A model generated the notes under the pieces. It saw nothing but the letters and a program-made list of their open reading frames with translations, searched no databases and was not told the origin of the DNA. A stretch of 64,000 bases of DNA from an uncultured Desulfarculales bacterium (lineage in GTDB: Bacteria > Desulfobacterota > Desulfarculia > Desulfarculales > JAHJDS01), in assembly GCA_964569795.1 (NCBI GenBank), contig CAZMVB010000001.1, forward strand, positions 195,233 to 259,232. The letters are read 5' to 3'. Of this stretch, positions 57,664 to 64,000 are shown piece after piece. Each line of letters opens with the position of its first letter. Position 1 is the first letter of the stretch. Made by a program: the position numbers and the translations under genes.

Positions 57664-58275
57664 TCACCCCCTGCGCCGAAGGCGAAACAGGGTGCCGACG
57701 ATCAGGTATGAGGCCACGGCCAGGGCGATGCCCCCGGCCACGTCGGCCCAGTAGTGCTGGCCGACCAGGACCGTGCTCAGGCAGACCAGCAGCGCCACCA
57801 CCAGGCTGCCCAAAATCGTCCAGCGGCCGGCCCCGCCGGCCCAACAAAAGATGAAGCCCAGCGCGGCGAACAGGCAGTGCGACGACGGAAAGCAATTGGC
57901 CGGGGCGTCTCCGGCCGCCACCAGTCGCATCAGCCGCCGGGGCAGGCCCGGGCCGTCGTAGCTCATCCGGGCCATGGCCACCGGGTACAGCCAGTAGATC
58001 GCCAGCGAGGCGGCCATGGCCAGGCCGTAAGTGGCCACCAGCTTCTCGAACTTCTCGGCCGGCCAATTGTAAAACAGGGGCCAGACCAAGAGGGCCAGCG
58101 ATCCGAAGATATAGGGGTACACGGCCAGGGGAACGAACAGACCGGGCGACGGCCAGGTGACGCCGCGGGCCACGCCCAGGGCGTTCAGCCGGGTATAGAT
58201 CAGGTACCACCCCGCCCACATGGCCGCCAGGACGACCACCCGGCCCAGGTGACCCAACCAGGATAGGGAGCGCAT
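57664..58275 (-). CDS. PAP2-superfamily membrane phosphatase/phosphotransferase
   Basis: FPSSHC (PSGH-like) and STVLVGQHYWADVAGG (SRx5Hx3D-like) motifs with multiple TM segments. The ATG at 58275 was preferred; the track ORF extends to 58380. Confidence 0.7.
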   Translation of the reverse strand: MRSLSWLGHLGRVVVLAAMWAGWYLIYTRLNALGVARGVTWPSPGLFVPLAVYPYIFGSLALLVWPLFYNWPAEKFEKLVATYGLAMAASLAIYWLYPVAMARMSYDGPGLPRRLMRLVAAGDAPANCFPSSHCLFAALGFIFCWAGGAGRWTILGSLVVALLVCLSTVLVGQHYWADVAGGIALAVASYLIVGTLFRLRRRG

Positions 58276-58551
58276 GATTGTCCGCCTCAAGTTGCCGGTT
58301 CGTCCGGCCATCCTCGGATCATCAATAGCATAACCCGTCTTCCTGAAGGGACGCAAAAATCCGGTAATGCCCCTGGTCATGAAATGGGTCCCCGTCCTTA
58401 TCGGATTGAGGGCTGGCCCTTATTTTCAGGTGGCCCCCCATATCTCATATGTGTCTGAGGTGGACCTTTTGAATTTGCGCCGAGGGGCGGGGTGGGGTAT
58501 GTTTGTAAACGATTCCGGAGCGATCCGGGGTCAATCTCGAGACCGGGGGGA

Positions 58552-59475
58552 GTGGTGTCGTTCCCGAACAAAGTCGCGGTGGTGGTCTGTCTTTGCCTGG
58601 CGGTCGGCCTGACGCCGGTTGCGGCCTCGGCGGGCTGGATTTTCGGGGACGATCCCTTCAGCCTGATCTCCCAGCGCGACCTGTGGCACGACCAGGCCGT
58701 CTGCTGCTGGCGGCATTACGGCCGTCTGCTGGGTTGGGTGGTCGCCCCCGGGCAGGGGGGGCCGGATCGGGCCGCCTTCGAGGCCTACGTCAAACAGCGG
58801 GTCTTGGCCCTGAACCAGCGCGAGGCCGCCCTGACCCTGTGGCAGAAAAAACTGCATGAGATCGCCCGGCGGTTGGAACGGGTCGCCGCCGGGGGCCGGC
58901 CGAATCCGGCCCCGGGTGGACGGAAGGCCGCGACCCCGGTCCGCTCGGCGGCGCCCCTCTGGACGGCCCTGAAGGGCGCCGCCTGCGACGTGGTCTTCAT
59001 CCTGGACGCCTCGGGCAGCATGCGCCGGGTCATGGACTTTCCCCACCTGAGGCGCTTTGACATGGCCCGCTACAAGGTCCTCGAGCTGGTTCGCGACCTG
59101 CCGTCGGGCTCCCGGTTCGCCCTGAGGGTCTTCGGCTCCCGGACCGGCAACCGTCAGGCCGACCGGGTCCGGGGCTGCCGGGATTCCATCCTGCTGAAAA
59201 AGCTCGGTACCCCCGGGCCCCGGACCCTGATCAAACTTTTGTGGCGGGTCAGGCCCAGCGGCTGGACCTGCATCGGCTGGTCCATGCTGCAGGCCCTGAA
59301 CCACGATCTGCACGCTTCCCGGCGAAAATGTCGGGCGATTGTGGTAATATCTGATGGAGACGATCAATGCGAATTCATGCACGGTCGGCTGAGGGACATC
59401 GAGGCCCGGGTCAGGGCCCGCGGCGTGAAGGTCTTTCAGATCCACATCGGTCCCGTGACCTCGACCGCGCGCTGA
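58552..59475 (+). CDS. Exported von Willebrand factor A domain protein
   Basis: A GTG start gives a signal peptide (VVSFPNKVAVVVCLCLAVGLTPVAASA). The MIDAS motif is VVFILDASGSM, with a later VVISDGDD. Confidence 0.7.
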   Translation: MVSFPNKVAVVVCLCLAVGLTPVAASAGWIFGDDPFSLISQRDLWHDQAVCCWRHYGRLLGWVVAPGQGGPDRAAFEAYVKQRVLALNQREAALTLWQKKLHEIARRLERVAAGGRPNPAPGGRKAATPVRSAAPLWTALKGAACDVVFILDASGSMRRVMDFPHLRRFDMARYKVLELVRDLPSGSRFALRVFGSRTGNRQADRVRGCRDSILLKKLGTPGPRTLIKLLWRVRPSGWTCIGWSMLQALNHDLHASRRKCRAIVVISDGDDQCEFMHGRLRDIEARVRARGVKVFQIHIGPVTSTAR

Positions 59476-59505
59476 AGACGGTCTTTACAACCTGGGGAGG
59501 ACGGC

Positions 59506-60144
59506 ATGAAACTGAAGCATTGGATGAGCACCAATCCGATCACGGTCAATCCGGACACCTCGCTCATGGACGCCCGGAAGCTGATGGAGGATCATCGCAT
59601 CCGGCGCCTGCCGGTGGTGGACAAGAAAGACCGCCTCAAGGGTATCGTCACCTGGCGGAACATCATCGAGGCCTCGCCCTCGGCCGCGACCACCCTGTCG
59701 GTCCATGAGATCAACTACCTGGTGGCCAAGATGAAGGTCAGCGAGGTCATGAGTCGGGACGTGAAGACCTTCAACCCCGACGACACCCTTTTCGGCCCGC
59801 TGCGCCTCGGGGTCAAGGAGGGCATCGGCGCCTTCCCCGTGGTCGAGGACGACAAGCTGGTCGGCATCGTCACCGAGACCGAGATCATCCGGGCCATGAT
59901 GGAGATCTTCGGCGTCATGGACCCGGACTCCTGGCTGATCGCCCTGGTCAACGTCGATCTCGAGATGGGCGGCTTCCGCCAACTGTCCGACATCCTGGAC
60001 AAGTCGCCCGTCACCGTCCTGGGGATGTTTTCCCTGCCCATGAGATCGGTCGATCGCTCCCGCGTGTTCATCCGGATGCGGGGCAAGGGTATCGATGAGG
60101 TCAAGCAATCCTTGACCGCCGCCGGTTATCAGATCGAAGACTGA
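59506..60144 (+). CDS. CBS-domain pair protein (AcuB-like)
   Basis: There are two CBS repeats: MSTNPITVNPDTSLMDARKLMEDHRIRRLPVVD, and MSRDVKTFNPDDTL...GAFPVVEDDKLVGIVTETEIIRA. Confidence 0.8.
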   Translation: MKLKHWMSTNPITVNPDTSLMDARKLMEDHRIRRLPVVDKKDRLKGIVTWRNIIEASPSAATTLSVHEINYLVAKMKVSEVMSRDVKTFNPDDTLFGPLRLGVKEGIGAFPVVEDDKLVGIVTETEIIRAMMEIFGVMDPDSWLIALVNVDLEMGGFRQLSDILDKSPVTVLGMFSLPMRSVDRSRVFIRMRGKGIDEVKQSLTAAGYQIED

Positions 60145-60227
60145 CCTCGGTCGCCAGTTCGGATTAAGCCCAGCCCCCGGGCGGTCCTGCCCCCGGGGGT
60201 TTTACTCATTTTTTCGGAGCGGGGTTC

Positions 60228-61931
60228 ATGGTCTTCGTTCTGGGCGCCCTCCTGGCGGTGGTCACCCTTTTTATGGGGTGGCTGGGCTGGCGGGGGACCC
60301 ATACCTCCCGGGACTACCTGATCGCCGGGCGTTCGGTCCGGCCGTCGGTCATGGGCCTGAGTTACGGCGTCACCCTGGCGTCGCCGGCCATGATCCTGGG
60401 ACTGGTCAGTCTGGGGGGCGGCCCTGGACCGGATTTCCTGGGGCCGGTCCTGCTCGGTCTGTTGCTCGGCCTGGTCCTGGCCTTTGTTTTCGTCGGCCGG
60501 CGGACCGCGGCCCTGGGGGCGGCCCTGGACAGTCAGACCTGGCCCGAACTGCTCGCCCAGCGCTACCAGTCCGTCGGCCTCCGGACATTTACCGGCCTGA
60601 TCATCTTCCTGGCCGCGGCCGCGGTGGCCGCGGCCGTGCTGACCGACGTTGCCCGCTGGTTGAGCGGGGCCACCGGGATTCCCCAGGTCTTCCTCGTGCT
60701 CGGGATCGCCCTGGTGGTGGCCCTGGTGGTCGTCCTGGGTGGTCTCAAGGGGGTGATGTACAACCATGTCTTTCAGGCGGCCCTGGTGGTGGCGGTCCTG
60801 GCGGCCGCGGCCCTGGTCACCTGGCTGGTCCTGGGTCAACTGGGGGCGGCGAGGCGACCCCTGGCCTCCCTGAACCATCTGAGTCCGCATCACCCCCAGG
60901 TCAACGGCTGGCTGGTCTGGACGTTTTTTCCGTGGACCCTGACCGCCGGTCTGGTCGGCGGTCTGATGCTGGGTCTGGCGGCCCAGCCCCAGTTGGCCTT
61001 GCGTTTCCTGACCGTGAGACGGTCGCGGCGGGTGACCGGGGCGTTTTTCTGGGCGGCCGCGTTCATCCTGGTCATGGTCGGGGCGGCCTGGGCCCTGGGC
61101 AACTGGTCCGGTCAGATCTACTGGGCCAAGATCGGCCAGGCGGCCGAAGGGATCGCCCCGGCCCCGGGTCTGAATCTGCTCCCAGTCCAGGGTCCCGACG
61201 TCCTGGCCGTGGTCATGGACCGCTTCCTCCCGGGTTGGATCAAGGTCCTGCTGGGACTGGGCCTGTCGGTCGCGGCCCTGGCCGTCCTGTCCTCCCTGGT
61301 CCATTTGGCCGGCGTCTCCCTGGGGCGGGACGTCCTGGCCCACGTCTGGAGACGCCACGTCCGGGGGGGACACGCCATGGTCCTTTTGGCCCGGTTCGGA
61401 GCGGCCCTGAGCGTGATCGCCGCCGTGTTGTGGGCCCGCTGGCTGCCCGGCCCGGTGCTGAACATGGCCGCCTGGTCGTTCGTCTCCCTGGCCGCCATCG
61501 CCTGGCTGCCGGCCTACGGCCTGGGGCTCTACTGGCGGGGCATGACCCGGGCCGGGGCCTGGTCGTCGCTGTTGGTCGGCCTGTCGGTCTGGCTGCTCCA
61601 TTTACTGTTCGTGGGGGCCCGGACCGCGCCGGCCATCGGTCTGTGCCAGTGGCTCTTGGACCGTCCCACGGTCCTGGCCGACCTGGGCCCCCGGGCCCTG
61701 GGATGGAGCTGGTGGTCCGGCGATCTCGGGGTCCTGCTCCGGCCGCTGGTGGAACCGGTCAGCGGCTGGTGGCGGCTCCAGTTCGTGAACCCGATTCCGC
61801 TCCTGCTGCCCCTGTCCCTGGTGACGGCGGTGGCCGTGTCCCAGCTCACCCGTCGGCCCGACTCGGACCACCTCGATCGCTGCTGGCGGGCCTTCCGGCG
61901 GGGTCCCAGGAGGGGTTCTCTGTCGGCTTGA
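60228..61931 (+). CDS. Sodium:solute symporter family transporter
   Basis: The N-terminus has the RDYLIAGRSVRP motif typical of SSS proteins. The 567-aa protein is highly hydrophobic and polytopic. Confidence 0.7.
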   Translation: MVFVLGALLAVVTLFMGWLGWRGTHTSRDYLIAGRSVRPSVMGLSYGVTLASPAMILGLVSLGGGPGPDFLGPVLLGLLLGLVLAFVFVGRRTAALGAALDSQTWPELLAQRYQSVGLRTFTGLIIFLAAAAVAAAVLTDVARWLSGATGIPQVFLVLGIALVVALVVVLGGLKGVMYNHVFQAALVVAVLAAAALVTWLVLGQLGAARRPLASLNHLSPHHPQVNGWLVWTFFPWTLTAGLVGGLMLGLAAQPQLALRFLTVRRSRRVTGAFFWAAAFILVMVGAAWALGNWSGQIYWAKIGQAAEGIAPAPGLNLLPVQGPDVLAVVMDRFLPGWIKVLLGLGLSVAALAVLSSLVHLAGVSLGRDVLAHVWRRHVRGGHAMVLLARFGAALSVIAAVLWARWLPGPVLNMAAWSFVSLAAIAWLPAYGLGLYWRGMTRAGAWSSLLVGLSVWLLHLLFVGARTAPAIGLCQWLLDRPTVLADLGPRALGWSWWSGDLGVLLRPLVEPVSGWWRLQFVNPIPLLLPLSLVTAVAVSQLTRRPDSDHLDRCWRAFRRGPRRGSLSA

Positions 61932-61963
61932 TCAACGGTCGACTTTTGAACTATACTAGCCCT

Positions 61964-62920
61964 ATGGCGCGACCGAAAAAACGACGGTGGACGATCGGCT
62001 TGACGCTGACCGCCGTGGTCGCGGCCTTGGCCGTCGGCGCCCTGACCGTCTATACCCACCTCAGGTACCAGGTCTCGCCGGTGGAGTATCTGGCCCGCCT
62101 GCTGTCGCCTCGGGCCCCCTCGCCCAAGACCACTCCTGCTCCGGTTCGGGTCATCGACCTGGACAAGCCCCTGGACAAGATCCACCGCGATCGGCGTCAG
62201 GCCGCGGACATGAAGCGCTACGGCCTGGTCAAGAGCCTCAAGATCGTCGCCCGGTCCACCGACATCATCAAGGCCCCCCCCTATGAACTCAAGATGGCCC
62301 GGGTGATGGACCTGATCAACCGCCGCCGCCTCATCGAGGGTCTGCCCCGTCTGGACCGGCAGGCCGTGTTCGGGGTCCGCCGGGTGCGGCCGGGGGACAA
62401 CCTGTGGGACATCCACAAAAGGGTGTTGTCCGAGATGCTGGGCCGGTTCGGCCTGCGACTGACCCGGGCCGCCGACCGTCCCGGAACCGGCGTGGGACGG
62501 ATCCTGCTCTACGCCCAGAAACGGGTCTATCTCTACAACCTCCAGACCGAGGACCTATTCTCGGTTAAAAAGGGGCAGGGCGGGGTGCCCTGGCTGACGC
62601 CGGTGGTCGAGCGGATCGTCAGGCGCGACCTGAACAAGATCTACCCCGACCAGGACCTGATCATCTTCAACCTGGGCGATCTCGAGCCCCTGCGGCAATG
62701 GCTCGTCAGTCTTCAGGCCATCAAGGGCAAGGTGACCCTCAAGGACCTGGACCGGATCAAACTGGACGTGGCCAGCAACCGGCTGGAACTGCCGCCGTTG
62801 CCCCGGGGACGCCAGGTCATCCGGAACAAGATCGCCCCGTCGGCCGGCGCGGCATCGGAAGGCCCCTCGCGCCCGGAGGCTCCGCCCTGGAGTTTTGCCT
62901 GGCCGGATCGGGTCCGGTGA
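61964..62920 (+). CDS. Membrane-anchored hypothetical protein (possible LysM-like segment)
   Basis: The ATG at 61964 gives MARPKKRRWTIGLTLTAVVAALAVGALTV (N-terminal anchor). VRPGDNLWDIHKRVL resembles a LysM core. The upstream part of the track ORF (60278-) is an out-of-frame shadow of the symporter gene. Confidence 0.55.
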   Translation: MARPKKRRWTIGLTLTAVVAALAVGALTVYTHLRYQVSPVEYLARLLSPRAPSPKTTPAPVRVIDLDKPLDKIHRDRRQAADMKRYGLVKSLKIVARSTDIIKAPPYELKMARVMDLINRRRLIEGLPRLDRQAVFGVRRVRPGDNLWDIHKRVLSEMLGRFGLRLTRAADRPGTGVGRILLYAQKRVYLYNLQTEDLFSVKKGQGGVPWLTPVVERIVRRDLNKIYPDQDLIIFNLGDLEPLRQWLVSLQAIKGKVTLKDLDRIKLDVASNRLELPPLPRGRQVIRNKIAPSAGAASEGPSRPEAPPWSFAWPDRVR

Positions 62921-62974
62921 CCGCCGCCCCGCCCCCCGCCTTTTCCTCGATCCTGTGGTCATCCGGACCGGACC

Positions 62975-63748
62975 TTGGGTTTCGCGCTTAAAAAACTGGT
63001 CGGGTTTTTCGTAACCAATCCCCTGCTGTACGTCCTGGGCCTGATCTTGATCGGCTGGCTGGCGCTCCGCTTCGGCCGGTGGCGGCGGACGGGGAAGGGA
63101 CTGATCCTGCTCGGCCTGGTGGCGGCCTACGTCACCTTTTTCGGGCCCTTCGGTCAACTGGCGGTGTCGGGCCTCGAATCGCGGTACCGGCCGCTGACCG
63201 TCGGCCCCGAGCTGGCCTCGGTCCGCTGGATCGTGGTCCTGAGCGGCGGGTTGTACTCGACGTCCCGGGGTCCGGGGCCCTGGGGTTCCCTGCGGGGGAC
63301 CTCGCTCCGCCGGACCCTGGAGGGGGTGCGCCTGGCCCGGGCCCTGCCCGGGGCGAAACTGCTGCTGACCGGCGGCGTGGGCCGGGGACGGACGACCGAG
63401 GCCCGGCTCATGGCCGAGGCGACCCGGTTGTTGGGGATCGCCCCGGCGAGGGTCGTCATCGACGAAAAACCGTGGGACACCGAGGCCCAGGCGACGAGCG
63501 TGGCCGCCCGGGTGGGCCCCGGCCCGGTGATCCTGGTCACCTCGGCCAATCACCTTCCCCGGGCGACGGCCCTGTTCCGCCGGGCCAGGGTGACGGTCAT
63601 CCCGGCCCCGACCGACTTTCGGGTCGGCCGGGTTACCCTCCACTGGACCGACTTCTTCATCCCCCGAATCGAATCGGCCCGGTTGTGGCGGGTGGCCCTG
63701 CACGCGTACCTGGGCCGGTGGTGGGCCTGGCTGCGGGGCCGGATCTGA
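62975..63748 (+). CDS. DUF218 (YdcF/ElyC/SanA-like) protein
   Basis: N-terminal TM segments, then WIVVLSGG...LLLTGG...DEKPWDTEAQA...ILVTSANHLPRA, typical of DUF218. TTG start. Confidence 0.7.
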   Translation: MGFALKKLVGFFVTNPLLYVLGLILIGWLALRFGRWRRTGKGLILLGLVAAYVTFFGPFGQLAVSGLESRYRPLTVGPELASVRWIVVLSGGLYSTSRGPGPWGSLRGTSLRRTLEGVRLARALPGAKLLLTGGVGRGRTTEARLMAEATRLLGIAPARVVIDEKPWDTEAQATSVAARVGPGPVILVTSANHLPRATALFRRARVTVIPAPTDFRVGRVTLHWTDFFIPRIESARLWRVALHAYLGRWWAWLRGRI

Positions 63749-63750
63749 AC

Positions 63751-64000
63751 CTAGCGCAGGCCGCCCTTGATCGGCCCGAAACAGAGGATGTACAAGGGGT
63801 CCAGTTCCTCCCGGCCCAGCACCCGGCGCACCTCGCCGTCGTAAAAGGCCCCCACCCCGCAGCAGCCCCAGCCCAGGGCCGTGGCCGCCAGAGAGATGCG
63901 CTGGCCGATCAGGCCGGCCTCGAGCATCACCTCCCGGTAGCTCCGCTCGCCCCGGGTGCGGGCCAGGCCGGCCAGGGGGGCGGCCAGGATCAGGTTGACC
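63751..64000 (-). CDS. Nitroreductase-superfamily (SagB/ThcOx-like) protein, 5' end outside window
   Basis: My own translation of the minus strand gives ...SYREVMLEAGLIGQRISLAATALGWGCCGVGAFYDGEVRRVLGREELDPLYILCFGPIKGGLR*, the conserved C-terminal pattern of nitroreductase/SagB-type proteins. It is absent from the ORF track because it is truncated. Confidence 0.55.
   Translation of the reverse strand, partial: VNLILAAPLAGLARTRGERSYREVMLEAGLIGQRISLAATALGWGCCGVGAFYDGEVRRVLGREELDPLYILCFGPIKGGLR

Noticed and set aside
60278-61960. 5' two-thirds of the 880-aa plus-strand ORF overlapping the symporter gene in another frame
   Set aside because: Here the translation is Pro/Gly/Arg-rich with no structure. 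Only the 3' part, from the ATG at 61964, has a normal composition with an N-terminal membrane anchor, and it is called as a separate gene.

Overview
High-GC bacterial chromosomal segment. Gene content and order look like a Desulfobacterota (deltaproteobacterial) anaerobe; the taxon is inference only. There are three parts. (A) 1-28.4 kb is mostly core genome. It holds a livF fragment, a PaaK-like ligase, rpoH, a TPR/LolB-like lipoprotein pair, a Mut7-C protein and cytochrome P460. A small accessory islet follows (mazEF-like TA, moaB/mog, a low-GC SnoaL gene). Next come an EF-G paralog with degenerate GTPase motifs and a long co-directional chain: xerC-hslVU-argBDFGH-(FN3 lipoprotein)-lysA-dapFAB-dapL-folK-tal/fsa-pgsA. 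(B) tRNA-Gly(GCC) and tRNA-Cys(GCA) lie at 28.42-28.58 kb. The last 25 nt of tRNA-Cys recur exactly at 56831-56855, so about 28.3 kb is bracketed like a tRNA-integrated genomic island, but I found no integrase. The bracketed segment carries three things. (i) An orphan 3-repeat/2-spacer type I-E-like CRISPR mini-array with no cas genes in the window. (ii) An XRE-cupin-headed amino-acid cluster: ortAB (2-amino-4-oxopentanoate thiolase), a SnoaL-like protein, an M28 peptidase, a D-aminoacylase, flavodoxin, alanine dehydrogenase, two paralogous unknown Cys-motif proteins and a complete liv-type ABC transporter. (iii) A nine-gene minus-strand operon behind a near-consensus sigma-54 promoter, four GAAC-N5-GTTCC upstream sites and an adjacent NtrC-type activator. 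This operon encodes two KamA-family radical-SAM aminomutases, three Ddl-like ATP-grasp ligases (one fused to an M20 peptidase domain), a GNAT, a DUF4337 membrane protein, a signal-less gamma-glutamyltranspeptidase and a small leader protein. It is my top candidate for an undescribed system, possibly ribosome-independent assembly of a beta-amino-acid peptide or osmolyte, or a protein C-terminal modification. (C) 56.9-64 kb holds an RRM RNA-binding protein with a consensus sigma-70 promoter, a PAP2 phosphatase, a vWA protein, a CBS protein, a sodium:solute symporter, a membrane-anchored unknown, a DUF218 protein and a truncated nitroreductase/SagB-like gene. Many long ORFs in the track are antisense shadow ORFs typical of high-GC DNA and were rejected.
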